From NCBI GenBank assembly GCA_963737655.1, contig CAVTTN010000002.1, positions 4,128,001 to 4,192,000 on the forward strand: a stretch of DNA of 64,000 nt. Direction: 5' to 3'. Position 1 is the stretch's first letter, and the number at the start of each line of letters is the position of its first letter. Origin of the DNA: an uncultured Planctomycetota bacterium. GTDB taxonomy: Bacteria > Planctomycetota > Planctomycetia > Isosphaerales > Isosphaeraceae. This document shows, one piece after another, positions 48,171-63,942 of this stretch. The notes under the pieces are model-generated. The model did not search any database. It was not told where the DNA came from and was given only the letters and a program-made list of their open reading frames with translations. A program made the position numbers and the translations under genes.

Positions 48171-48655
48171 GACGGCCCCTTCCCCGACGAGGAAAGCCGG
48201 ATCGAGTCCACCCCCGCCGCCGAGCACGCCCCGATGATCCGGGCCGCTTCTTCATAGAGGAGCGAATCGTCGGCCACGAGCCGGACCCTCAAGGGCTGCC
48301 CCGCCAGGACGCCTCGATACCGCCCCAGCCGCTCGCCCAGGGCTTCCGGCGACTCGATCGGCGCCTCGCCGAGCCGGAGCGTTCGAAGCTTGCCCGAGGC
48401 GTCCGCCTCGGCCCGGACCAGGAGATCGGTCTCCTGATCGACCTCGTTCGCCGGCGCGGCCGAGCGAACCCGCCCACCGGGCGAGGCCGGCAAGGCCGCG
48501 GGCGTGGAGGGGAGATACAGGTCGATCTTCGCCTCGCGAGACGGCGCGCGGAAAGTCAGGATGAAGAACGCGAGGAGCTGAAAGGCCATGTCCAGGAACG
48601 GCGTGACGGGGAAGGCTACCTCGTCGGGCGGCCCGGGCCGCTTGGATCGTCTCAT
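48167..48655 (-). CDS. exbD: ExbD/TolR family biopolymer transport protein
   Basis: VTPFLDMAFQLLAFFI TM with the conserved Asp, and VRLVADDSLLY. The start at 48655 overlaps the upstream stop. Confidence 0.88.
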   Translation of the reverse strand: MRRSKRPGPPDEVAFPVTPFLDMAFQLLAFFILTFRAPSREAKIDLYLPSTPAALPASPGGRVRSAAPANEVDQETDLLVRAEADASGKLRTLRLGEAPIESPEALGERLGRYRGVLAGQPLRVRLVADDSLLYEEAARIIGACSAAGVDSIRLSSSGKGPS

Positions 48656-49128
48656 GGCCGGGCCTCCCCGATCACCAGGAGGCTGAAGCGGGCGAATCCG
48701 CCCTCCTGGGCCGTCGAGAGGACGCGGCGGACCATTCCATACGACGCCCCTCGGTCGGCCCGGATCACGACGACCGTCGGCAGTTCGTCCGCCGGGCCGC
48801 CGCCGACGATCCGATGCCCTTCCCGCCGGGTTCGGCCCTGCTCGCTCCACCAGGACGCGGCGTCCTTCCCCGATCGGGGCGGGTCCTGATCGACGAGCAA
48901 CCGCCCGTCCCGATCGACGGCCACGACCAACCGATCCAGCCCCATCTCGGCCCCCGGGAGCGCCGCGGCCGTCGTCGGCAGACGAATGGCGGCCGTCTCC
49001 CCCTCGATCTTCGAGCCGAAGTGGACGAGCATCATGAAGAACGTGATGAGCTGAAGGACCACGTCCAGCAGGGGCGTGAGGTTCAGCTCGAAGTTGTCGG
49101 GGCCGGACCCCCGGACTCGTCGCCTCAT
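48652..49128 (-). CDS. exbD: ExbD/TolR family biopolymer transport protein
   Basis: LNLTPLLDVVLQLITFF TM with the conserved Asp, and VVIRADRGASYGMV. Confidence 0.9.
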   Translation of the reverse strand: MRRRVRGSGPDNFELNLTPLLDVVLQLITFFMMLVHFGSKIEGETAAIRLPTTAAALPGAEMGLDRLVVAVDRDGRLLVDQDPPRSGKDAASWWSEQGRTRREGHRIVGGGPADELPTVVVIRADRGASYGMVRRVLSTAQEGGFARFSLLVIGEARP

Positions 49129-49156
49129 GACGGCGGACCTCGGCTCGAAAGCGGTT

Positions 49157-49960
49157 TCAGGCCTCGGGACGCGGCGTCGCGGGCGACCGCGGAGGGGCCG
49201 CCAGAGGGTGCGGCGTCCGAATCCCCGGCGCGAACTGTTCGAGCATCCCCTCGGAGACGATCGCGACCTCCAGGGAAAGCCGGGCGATCCGGTTGCGGAA
49301 CATCGCATAAAAGGCGATCGCGGGGACGGAGATGGCGATCCCTTCGAGAGTCGCGAACAGGGCCGTCGAGATCCCCTCGGCCAGTTGCCCGGCCTGGGGA
49401 GATGCCCCGGCCGTGGCCATCACCTGGAACGACCGGATCATCCCGTAGACCGTGCCGACGAGGCCGATCATCGGCCCGAGGGTCCCGACCGTGGCGAGAT
49501 AGGTGGCGCGATGCTCTCGCCTCATGGTCTCGTCCTCGTTGGCCATCTCCATGGACCTCTGAGCGGCCGGAAGGCCCGAGGGGAGCCGCCGGACGCCCGC
49601 CCCGAGCGTCTTCGCCACGAACGAGGTGTCGAGCGCGAGCCTCTGGTACGCCTCCGTATACTTCTTCTGGGCGAGCAGCTCATTGACTTCGGCCAGCAAC
49701 GGCTCGGGCAGGGCGATCTCGCGGCGGAACTCGAAGAACATCCAGGCCACCAGGGCGATCAGGTAGAAGGACATCCCGAGGATCACCACCCCGATCGGCC
49801 CCGAGGCGCGGACCATCCAGTACAGGAACGGCTCGGCCTCGCGCGGCCGAGGCGCCTGGGCCGCGGGTTCCTCGGCCCTTGCCGAGGCGGCCGTCGGGTC
49901 GATCGTGCCCAATCCCAGGACGAACAGGAGGGCGAAGACTCCGCCTCGAACTCTCGGCAT
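49157..49960 (-). CDS. exbB: MotA/TolQ/ExbB proton channel family protein
   Basis: TLGPMIGLVGTVYGMIRSF and LAEGISTALFATLEGIAISVP motifs. Confidence 0.92.
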   Translation of the reverse strand: MPRVRGGVFALLFVLGLGTIDPTAASARAEEPAAQAPRPREAEPFLYWMVRASGPIGVVILGMSFYLIALVAWMFFEFRREIALPEPLLAEVNELLAQKKYTEAYQRLALDTSFVAKTLGAGVRRLPSGLPAAQRSMEMANEDETMRREHRATYLATVGTLGPMIGLVGTVYGMIRSFQVMATAGASPQAGQLAEGISTALFATLEGIAISVPAIAFYAMFRNRIARLSLEVAIVSEGMLEQFAPGIRTPHPLAAPPRSPATPRPEA

Positions 49961-50133
49961 GATCGCGGGGCCTCGCGCGGTCGGTCGGTCGGAAGGGGGA
50001 GGGACGGACGGTCCCGCCCCTCCCCTCAGTCTAGACGGCCCGCCTCACGCGGACAACGCCGAGGGGCCCGGCCGCGGTGGACCCAGGCCGAGGAACGGGT
50101 AAGATGGGCGGTGGCCCACGAAGGAGACCGACC

Positions 50134-50454
50134 ATGGAATTGCCCGATCGCCTGCACCACTCGCCCGACGGCGACATCCGCATCCGGGGGTCGCGGATCG
50201 GCCTCTTCGACATGGTGACCGACCATCGGTATGGCCTGTCTGCCAAGGAGATCGCGGCCCAGTACGACTCGATCACCCTCGACCAGGTCCGCGCCGTCCT
50301 GGCGTTCCACGCCGCGAACCGGGCGGAGGTGGATGCTTACGTCGATCGCGAGCAGGCCCTCATCGATCGCCGCCGGGCCGAGGCGCCGCCGGGGATCTCC
50401 CTCGAGGACTTGCGGAAGCGAGCGGCTGCCAGGAAGCTGGCGGCGCGGGGATGA
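50134..50454 (+). CDS. DUF433 family protein, putative antitoxin
   Basis: IRIRGSRI…GLSAKEIAAQYDSITLDQVRAVLAF pattern, AAGGAG Shine-Dalgarno at 50121-50126, and ATGA overlap with the next gene. Confidence 0.8.
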   Translation: MELPDRLHHSPDGDIRIRGSRIGLFDMVTDHRYGLSAKEIAAQYDSITLDQVRAVLAFHAANRAEVDAYVDREQALIDRRRAEAPPGISLEDLRKRAAARKLAARG

Positions 50455-50834
50455 TGCGGTGCCGGTTCCTCCTCGATGAGCACGTCCCCTGGGCCCTGCT
50501 ATCGGCGATCCAATCGCATGACGCTGGCTCCAGCCTCGATCCGATCGCATGCGTCCGAGTCGGAGGCGCCGGTGGCCCTCCGCTCGGCACCCCTGACCCC
50601 GATCTCCTCGTTTGGGCGGAGAGAGAAGATTACATCTTCGTCGCAAACGACAGGGATTCGCTGATCGGTTTCTTCGCAGAACGCCTCTCCGCCGGTCGAT
50701 CCAGCCTCGGCCTTTTCATCCTCCCGCGACGCTATCAGATCGCCGAGATCGTTGAGTTCTTCGCCCTGGCCGCGGAGTTTGGCTCGCCCGAGGATTGGCG
50801 GAATCTGGTAACTTACGTGCCTCGCACCCGGTAG
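50451..50834 (+). CDS. DUF5615/PIN-like protein, putative toxin
   Basis: FLLDEHV, GTPDPDLLVWA and IFVANDRD acidic PIN-like motifs; paired with the DUF433 gene. Confidence 0.8.
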   Translation: MMRCRFLLDEHVPWALLSAIQSHDAGSSLDPIACVRVGGAGGPPLGTPDPDLLVWAEREDYIFVANDRDSLIGFFAERLSAGRSSLGLFILPRRYQIAEIVEFFALAAEFGSPEDWRNLVTYVPRTR

Positions 50835-50860
50835 ACTCCTCATGCTGACAGCCGTATAGT
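50832..50860 (+). promoter_or_regulatory. Putative sigma70 promoter for uvrA
   Basis: TAGACT (50832-50837), a 17 nt spacer, then TATAGT (50855-50860). Confidence 0.45.
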
Positions 50861-50914
50861 AAGGGGTCGATTCCACCGACCTTCCCATCGACCGAGACCG
50901 AGGGCATTCCAGGG

Positions 50915-53900
50915 ATGGCCACGACCGACATCGCGATCCGAGGGGCCCGGGAGCATAACCTTCGCGATGTGTCGCTCGATCTCCCTCGGGGGGAGTTGAT
51001 TTGCTTCACGGGAGTCAGCGGCTCGGGGAAGAGCTCGCTGGCGTTCGACACCCTCTTCGCCGAGGGCCAGCGGCGGTACGTGGAGAGCCTCTCCAGCTAT
51101 GCCCGCCAATTCCTGGGGCAGATGCCCAAGCCCGAGGTGGACCGGATCGATGGGCTGTCTCCCTCGATCTCGATCCAGCAAAAGACCGGTGGGCGGAACC
51201 CGCGATCGACGGTCGGGACGATCACCGAGATCAACGACTATTTGCGCGTCCTGTTCGCCCGGGTCGGCAAGGGGTATTGCCCTCGGTGCGAACGGCCTTT
51301 GGCGGCCCTGACTCGCGACCAGATCGTCGCCCGGGCGATCGAGTGGCCCGAAGGGACCTCCCTGATGGTCCTCGCCCCGGTGATCCGCGGCCAGAAGGGG
51401 GAATACAAGGACCTCTTCGCCGAGCTCAGCCGTGCCGGGTTCGTCCGCGCCCGGGTCGATGGCCAGGTGGTCACGATCTCCGAGGACATCCCGCTCCAGA
51501 GGCAGATCAAGCACGATATCGAGGTCGTGATCGATCGGATCAAGCTCGGCCCGTCGTCGCGATCGAGGGTGGCGGAGGCGGTCGAGTCGGCCCTGAAGAG
51601 GGGCGACGGGACGGTGATCCTCGCCGCCGAGGGCCAGCCCGACGTCCTCCTGTCGTCGAAGAACGCCTGCGCCCATTGCGGGATCGGCTTCGACGACCCG
51701 AGTCCCCAGCTCTTCAGCTTCAACAGCCCGGTCGGGATGTGCCCCGAGTGCGATGGCCTGGGCGTCCGTCATGACTTCGTGCCCGAGCTGCTGGTGCCCG
51801 ACCCCTCGCTGTCGGTGGCCAAGGGGGCGATCGAGATCGTCGGGCCGATCACCAAGTTGAGCAAGGCGAAGAAGCGGCTGATGGAGTCCGTCGCCGCCAA
51901 CCTGGAGACGAGCGAGACCGGCTGGAAGAAGGGGACGCTCCTCAAGACGCCCTGGCAGGACCTGGATGACCGCGCCCGAGACGTCTGGCTGAAGGGGACC
52001 GGCAGCCGGATCATCCATCACCGGAGCGGCTATCCTCGCTCCGAAGTCTGGCCCGGGATCGCCGCCGATTTCCTGTCCGCGTACAAGAAATCGACCGCCG
52101 GGCCGATGCACGCATACCTCGAAAAGTACATGAAGAGCGTGCCCTGCCCCGATTGCCTCGGGGCCCGGCTGAACCCCCGGGCCCGGGCCGTCCGCGTGGG
52201 CGGCAAGACGCTCCCGGCCCTGGGCTCGATGGCGATCGGCTCGGCCTCCCGGTTCTTCGACGCCCTCGCCGGCCAGCCGCCGAAGGGCCTGACCGCCGAC
52301 GAAACCCCCGAGCCGCTCGACGCCCTCTCGCTCCACATCGCCGAGGAGCTGTTCAAGGAGATCCGGGGCCGGCTCGGCTTCCTCACCAACGTCGGGCTCG
52401 ACTACCTGACGCTCGACCGCTCCGCGCCCACCCTTTCGGGCGGAGAGGCCCAGCGAATCCGCCTGGCCAGCCAGGTGGGAGCGGGCCTGGTCGGCGTCCT
52501 CTACATCCTCGATGAGCCCCTCGATCGGCCTCCACCCCCGAGACAACGACAAGCTGATCCACACCCTCGAAAAGCTCCGCGACGCCGGCAATACGGTGAT
52601 CGTCGTCGAGCACGACGAGGACACGATGAGGGCCGCCGACCACCTCGTCGATTTCGGCCCCGGGCCCGGCGTCAAGGGCGGCGAGGTCGTCGCCTCGGGC
52701 GACCTGGCGACGATCTCCAAGAACCCCGACAGCCTGACCGGCCAGTACCTCGCCGGCAAGAAGGCCATCGAGGTGCCGAAAACACGGAGGCCCCGGGGCG
52801 AGAAGGCCCTCAAGATCGTCGGCGCGACCCATCACAACCTGAAGGGGATCGACGTCGAGATCCCCCTGGGCCTCTTCGTCTGCGTGACCGGCGTGAGCGG
52901 CTCCGGCAAGAGTTCGCTGATCGGCGACATCCTCCGCGAGGCCCTCGCCCGGGACCTCAACGGGGCCACCACCGAACCCGGCGCCCACGACCGGATCGAG
53001 GGGACCGACGCGCTCGACAAGATCATTGACATCGACCAGTCCCCCATCGGCCGGACCCCTCGCTCCAACCCCGCCACCTACATCAAGCTGCTGGATCAGG
53101 TCCGCGACCTCTTCACCAAGCTGCCCGAGTCCAAGGCCCGAGGCTACAAGGCCGGCCGATTCAGCTTCAACGTCTCCGGCGGCCGGTGCGAGGCGTGCGA
53201 GGGGAACGGTTCGAACAAGCTCGAGATGGACTTCCTGGCCGATGTCTGGGTCGAATGCCCGGTCTGCGAGGGGAAGAGGTTCAACCGCGAGACCCTGCAC
53301 GTCCGCTTCAAGGGCAAGAGCATCGCCGACGTCCTGGAGATGGACGTTCAGGAAGCGCTGGAACACTTCGCCAACGTCCCCAAGATCGCCGGGATGCTCC
53401 AGACCCTGCACGACGTCGGCCTCGATTACCTGAAGCTCGGGCAGGCGTCCCCCACGCTCTCGGGAGGCGAGGCCCAGCGGATCAAGCTCGCCCGGGAGCT
53501 CGTCAAGAAGGGGACCGGGCGGACGCTCTACCTCCTCGACGAGCCGACGACCGGCCTCCACTTCGACGACGTGAACAAGCTCCTGAAAGTCCTCCACGGG
53601 TTCACCACCAGCGGCAACACGGTCGTGGTGATCGAGCACAACCTCGACGTGATCAAGACGGCGGACTGGCTGATCGACCTCGGTCCCGAGGGCGGCGAAG
53701 GAGGCGGCCGGGTCGTGGCCGAGGGAACACCCGAAGCGGTCGCCAAGGTCGCCGACAGCCACACCGGCCGGGCCCTGGTCCGCGTGCTGGCTCCCCGGAA
53801 GGCCCCGAAGAAAATGGCCCCCGGCAAGACCAAGAACGCGAAAAAGCCCGTGAGGAACGCGGAGGCGGCCCTCCCCGCGATCTCGATCCGGGGCGCCCGC

Positions 53901-56900
53901 CAGCACAACCTCAAGGGCGTGGACCTGGACATCCCCCGCCACAAGATGAGCGTGTGCAGCGGCCCCAGCGGCTCGGGGAAAAGCTCCCTGGCCATCGACA
54001 CGCTCTATGCCGAGGGACAGCGGCGGTACGTCGACAGCCTCTCGAGCTACGCCCGCCAGTTCCTCGCCCCGTTGCAGAAGCCGAAGGTCGAGAGCATCAC
54101 CGGGCTGGCCCCGGCCGTCTCGATCGAGCAGAAGACCACGAGCAAGTCGCCCCGATCGACCGTGGGCACGGTCACCGAGGTCCACGACTACCTCCGCATC
54201 CTCTTCGCCCGGCTCGGCCAGGCCCATTGCCCGAAATGCGGGACGCCGATCGGCACCCAGTCCGCCGACGAGATCGTCGAGAAGATCCTCCACCTCCCCG
54301 AAGGCTCGAAGGTCCTCGTGATGGCGCCCATCGAGAGGCGCGAGAACGAGGAATTCGAACACCTGTGGGAAGACCTCCGCCAGTCCGGGTTCTCGCGAGT
54401 CCGCGTCGATGGCAAGACGGTCAGCCTGGACGAATCGCCCAAACTCTCCCACCGGCGAAAGCACGAGGTCGAGGTCGTGATCGACCGAGCGGTCGTCCGA
54501 CGATCGACGCGGTCGAGGCTCGCCGACTCGATCGAATCGGCGCTCGACCTGGGCAAGGGCGTGGTCCGGATCGCCCACGTGGACGAAGACAAACCCGAGC
54601 CGAAATGGACCGTCGAGCGGTTCAGCCAGCACCGGACCTGCGAGACCTGCGGCCGGAGCTTCGAGGAACTCAGCCCCCATCATTTCTCGTTCAACAGCTC
54701 GCTCGGCTGGTGCCCCGGCTGCGAAGGGCTCGGGGTCCAGCAAGGGGCCGACCCGGCCGCCCTGATCCCCAACGGCCTCCTGACCCTGAACGAAGGGGCC
54801 GTGATCGCCTGGCCCGCGTTCTCGGCCAACCCCACGTTCGCCGCGATGATCACCGCGATGGCCGGATCGGTCGGGTTTTCGCTCGATGAGCCGTTCGACG
54901 AGCTCGACCCCCGCCATCGCCGGGCCATCCTCCAGGGGACGGGCGGGACGTGGTTCCGCGTCCCCGAGACCGACGGCCGACCCGGCTTCGCGTTCCAGTA
55001 CAAGGGGCTCTTTCCGGCCCTGGAAGAGGCCGGGCGCGTCTCCTATCTCTACCGGGCCAAGCTTGGCGGGATGGTCGGCGAGGTCGAATGCAACGCCTGC
55101 CTCGGCGCGAGATTGAAGGACGACTCGGCGGCCGTCCGATTCCGAGGCGTCACGCTCGATCAGGTCAGCCGATGGCCCCTGAGCAAGACGCTCGCGTTCT
55201 TTCGGACCCTGGAATTCACGGCCGACGAGGCCCACATCGCCGGCGACCTCGTCCGGGAGGTTCGCGACCGCCTGAGCTTCCTCGTGGACGTCGGCCTCGA
55301 TTACCTCTCGCTCGGCCGAGGCACACCCACCCTCTCCGGAGGCGAGGCCCAGCGGATTCGCCTGGCCAGCCAGCTCGGATCGGGCCTCACGGGCGTCCTC
55401 TACGTCCTCGATGAGCCCACGATCGGCCTCCACCCCCGCGATAACGCGCGACTCCTCGGCGCCCTGAAGAGGCTCCGCGACCTGGGCAACACCCTCGTCC
55501 TGGTCGAGCACGACCGCGAGGTCATCGAGGCGGCCGATTGCCTCTTCGACTTCGGCCCCGGCTCGGGCGACGGCGGCGGCCAGATCACCGCGAGCGGCCC
55601 GCCGAATTCCGTCCGGGCGAACGACGACTCGCTGACCGGCCGCTACCTTTCGGGCAAGGCCGCCATCCCCGTCCCCACCAACCGCCGGACGCCCGATCCG
55701 ACGAATCAGATCGTGATCCGAGGCGCCCGCCACCACAATTTGAGGAACATCGACGCCGGGTTCCCCGTCGGCCTCGTGACGGTCGTCACCGGGGTCAGCG
55801 GGTCGGGCAAGAGCTCGCTCGTCGAGGACATCCTCATGAAGGCGGCGGCGAAGAAACTCCACCGCGCCCAGGTCGCCCCGGGCCTCCACGACAAGATCGA
55901 CGGCCTGAACCTCGTCGACAAGGTCATCGGCGTGGACCAGACCCCGATCGGGGGCACGCCCGCCTCCAACCCGGCGACCTATTCCGGCGTCTTCGACCTG
56001 ATCCGAGACCTCTTCGCCCGGATGCCCGAGGCCCGCGCCCGAGGCTACGCCCCGGGCCGGTTCAGCTTCAACCTGGCCGGAGGTCGCTGCGAGGCATGCG
56101 AGGGGGCCGGTCAGAAACGCATCGAAATGCACTTCTTGCCCGACGTCTGGGTCACCTGCGAGGCCTGCAACGGCTCGCGGTACACCCGGGAGACCCTGGC
56201 CGTCCAGTTCCGCGGCAAGACGATCGCCGACGTCCTGGACATGACCGTGGACTCGGCCCTGGAACTCTTCGACGGCGTCCCGCGAATCCGCCGGATCTTG
56301 CAGACGCTCCAGGACGTCGGTCTCGGTTACGTCCGCCTCGGCCAGTCCGGCCCCACCCTCTCGGGAGGCGAGGCCCAGCGCGTTAAGCTCGCGGCCGAAC
56401 TCGCCCGGCCCGACACCGGACGGACGCTCTACATCCTCGACGAGCCCACGACCGGCCTCCACCTCGACGACGTCAAGAAGCTCCTGGCCGTGGTCCACCG
56501 GCTGGCCGACCTGGGCAATACCGTCGTCATCATCGAGCACAATCTCGAGGTCATCAAGACGGCCGACTGGCTCCTGGACATCGGCCCCGAAGCCGGGGCC
56601 GAGGGCGGCCGGATCGTCGCCCAGGGCCCTCCGGAAGCGGTCGCGACCGTGCCCGGCAGCCTCACCGGGGCGATCCTCAAGGGAATCCTGGAGGCCGGCC
56701 CCCACGAGGAACGAGCACGGTTCGACCCCAAGGCCGCCGCGGCCAGGGCGATCGAGGACGCCAAACGCGCGAGGCCGATCGTCGAGGGCTCCCCGCTCGA
56801 TCCGTGGATCCTCGACGGCCTCGGCTGGCACGCCCGAGACCGCGTGACCCGGACCGGCAAGCCGATCCGCTGGGACGGCCGGATCATCGAGAATCTGGCC

Positions 56901-57404
56901 CAATGGCTCGCCGAGGACGAAGGATTCGCCCCGCCCGACTGGTCCAATCGCACCGTCGTCCGCGTCTGCGGCGACCAACCCGAGGACCCGACCTTCCTGG
57001 AGATGCTCACCGGCTCGGAATGGGTCCTGACCCTGCGGTTCTACGTCCCCGCCGGCACCTTCCGCCCCAAACCCCTGGAAAAATTCCTCGACCTGCCGAG
57101 GTTCGCCAACCTCTCTCCGCCGGTGCCCTCGGACGTCCCCCGGGTCAAGTTCTCCGTGGAGAAGGGCTGGCAGCTCGTCGAGATCGCCTGCTTCTCACTC
57201 GAAGAGATCGCCACGCCCCGATTCGGCGAATTCCTCTCCGAGGCGGCGGAATCCTACTTCGACGGCATCGACCCCCTCTTCGACGACGCGTTCCCCGACG
57301 ATGAGGACAACTTCCCCCTCCAGGTCCTGAACCTGGAAGAGATGCTCCAACTGCTACCAGCTCCCCCACCCCGGCCGAAGAAGCCGACGAAAAAACGGAA
57401 ATAG
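50915..57404 (+). CDS. uvrA: Double-length excinuclease ABC subunit A (~2,162 aa), +1 frameshift at 52517-52520
   Basis: Four Walker A motifs (GVSGSGKS x3, GPSGSGKS), four LSGGEAQR signatures and CxxC zinc modules. Removing one C from CCCC restores [12 protein letters not shown] and joins the two ORFs. Confidence 0.92.
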
Positions 57405-57560
57405 CTCGACCCGAGGTTCCGCCGCCCAGAGCGGCCCTTCACCCGACGCTTCTCCCTGGAAAATCCGGGTCCCCCGCGTTATCGTCGGTCTGGACATCCG
57501 AACCAAGCGGCTGGAAAGCCCCCCGCCGGGCGCTTTGGCCCACCCTTCTAGGAAGGTTTC

Positions 57561-58592
57561 ATGAAAGTCGGCCTGTTGACCGGGGGCGGAGACTGCCCCG
57601 GCCTGAATGCCGTGATCCGCGCCGTGGTCCAGAAGGTCCACAACGCCGGAGGGACGTGTGTCGGCTTCCTCGAAGGCTGGCGAGGCCTCGTTCGCAACAT
57701 GAGCCAGCCGCTGGACATCGACCTGACCGACGGCATCATCGCCCGGGGCGGGACCATCCTCGGCTCCTCGCGCACCAATCCGTTCAAGAACCCCGAGACC
57801 GACCTGCCCAAGCTGAAGGAGACGTTCGAGGCCCTCAACCTCGACGCCCTCGTCGCCATCGGCGGTGACGACACCCTGGGAGTCGCCAACCGCCTCCACG
57901 GCGAGCACGGAATGCCCCTGGTCGGCGTCCCCAAGACCATCGACAACGACCTGATGGTCACCGACTTCACCTTCGGCTTCGACACCGCCATCAACATCGT
58001 CACCGAGGCCGTCGATCGCCTCCGAACCACCACAGAAAGCCACCGCCGCGTCCAGGTCGTCGAGACCATGGGCCGCCACGCCGGCTGGATCGCCTGCTTC
58101 TCCGGCATCGCCGTGGCCGCCGACTACATCATGGTCCCCGAAATTCCCATCAATATCGACCACTGCGTTGAGGTCCTCAAGCGACACCGATCCGAGGGCA
58201 AGAATTACGGGATCGTCGTCGTCTCCGAAGGCGCCAAGCTCCCCGACCGTGGCGAGATCGCCGCCGCCGGCAAGGTCGATGACTTCGGCCACGTCCAGCT
58301 CGGCGGGGTCGGCAATGAGGTCGCCCGGCAGATCGAGAAAGCGACCGGCTACGAGACCCGCTGCGTCGTCCTCGGCCATCTCCAGAGGGGCGGCTCCCCC
58401 AGCGCCGCCGACCGCGTCCTCGCCACCCGGCTCGGCCTGGCCGCCGGTGACCTCGTCCTCCGCAAGGAATTCGGGACGATGGTCGCCCTGTCGGGTACCC
58501 GGATCATCTCGACGACCCTGAGTGCGGGCGTCGCCGCAAACCGCACGCTGGACCTGTCTTACTATCACGAAGCCTCGACGTTCTTCAAGTGA
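57561..58592 (+). CDS. pfkA: 6-phosphofructokinase, probably pyrophosphate-dependent
   Basis: [31 protein letters not shown] and LGHLQRGG motifs. Confidence 0.92.
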   Translation: MKVGLLTGGGDCPGLNAVIRAVVQKVHNAGGTCVGFLEGWRGLVRNMSQPLDIDLTDGIIARGGTILGSSRTNPFKNPETDLPKLKETFEALNLDALVAIGGDDTLGVANRLHGEHGMPLVGVPKTIDNDLMVTDFTFGFDTAINIVTEAVDRLRTTTESHRRVQVVETMGRHAGWIACFSGIAVAADYIMVPEIPINIDHCVEVLKRHRSEGKNYGIVVVSEGAKLPDRGEIAAAGKVDDFGHVQLGGVGNEVARQIEKATGYETRCVVLGHLQRGGSPSAADRVLATRLGLAAGDLVLRKEFGTMVALSGTRIISTTLSAGVAANRTLDLSYYHEASTFFK

Positions 58593-58652
58593 ACCAGAGG
58601 CCACGATCCGGCTCTCCATCCCCCAAATTCGGCATCTTCGGACACCAGCCGC

Positions 58653-58680
58653 TTGACCTGGTCGATTCTCGGGGTATCAT
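58653..58680 (+). promoter_or_regulatory. rRNA operon promoter
   Basis: TTGACC (58653-58658), a 16 nt spacer, then TATCAT (58675-58680), followed by a GC-rich segment. A 16-bp spacer is typical of rrn promoters. Confidence 0.7.
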
Positions 58681-58834
58681 GGCTCTCGCCGACGACGAAA
58701 CGAACGCTTCGACGACGGCAAGCACGACGCGACGATCACCCGGGTTTCGAACCGGATCGGTTCTGGCGACGTACTTCACAGGCCGGGGTGACGAGCCTCT
58801 CACAAGGGCGAGTCAACCCGGCCACTGGCGTCCG

Positions 58835-58850
58835 GTCTCTTTGACAATTC
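58835..58850 (+). promoter_or_regulatory. boxA-like antitermination site in the rrn leader
   Basis: CTCTTTGACAATT resembles boxA (TGCTCTTTAACA); a near copy lies in the spacer at 60881-60895. Confidence 0.6.
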
Positions 58851-59101
58851 GGCCGATCGCGAGATCGAATGACAAGCTCGAAGAGCTTGTGGACCCGTGA
58901 GGGAAGCCGGCGTGGGCCGCGCATCCGCCGGGGGCGTTTGGAATCACCTCTTCGGGGGCGATCCGGGCGTACCGGGGGGCGGTCAGCACGCCCCGGCCTC
59001 TCGAGAGAGAGTCCGGAGCGACCATCAGCACATCCTCGACCCATCGAGGAGCGACGGGGCGACTCCTCCTTCGCGAGAGGGAGGGGGCTACCCCGGAGCA
59101 C

Positions 59102-60622
<1,521 letters not shown>

Positions 60623-60880
60623 CTAAGGACGATCGACCTCGGCCCGGGATCCTCGGATCTCGGTGACCGCATCGGCCCGCCCCTCCTCCTGCGGTGAGGG
60701 CGAGGCCTACGCCGGCTCCCCCCGCGGGTCCACGCGGAATGGACGGTGAGATCTTGCGATCGGCCGCATTGCGACCCCGTCTGCCCCTCCGGGCGCGGGC
60801 CGCGGCATCCCTCCCCGAGCGGGGGCGTGCCCCGGCCCCTGGCCGGCGGCCAGGCGTGCCGAGGATCCGTCCTCGGCCCG

Positions 60881-60895
60881 GCTTTTTGACAATTT
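60881..60895 (+). promoter_or_regulatory. boxA-like site in the 16S-23S spacer
   Basis: GCTTTTTGACAATTT matches the leader copy. Confidence 0.55.
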
Positions 60896-61140
60896 GGCGT
60901 CGGTGACGAGACGAGACGAAGATTCGTCCGCCCCGGGATCGATCGGCCTCGGCCGAGGAATTCTGGGGCGGGACAGGGTCTGGACAGGATAGGTTTCATC
61001 TCCTTGGATGCGACCCGCCCGGCCGCGAGGCCGCGCGGGGATCGTTACTCAGCGCCCCGTGGAGCGTCGCGAGACGCGCGGCGGGGCGGGGACATGCGAC
61101 CATTCGTCGGCAGGCGCCGGAGACGGCGTCGGGTCGGCGT

Positions 61141-63942
<2,802 letters not shown>

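Noticed and set aside
38215..56978. Long opposite-strand ORFs over the caspase, hppA and uvrA genes (38215..42285, 44203..46368, 52383..56978)
   Set aside because: They overlap well-supported genes on the other strand and lack recognisable motifs.
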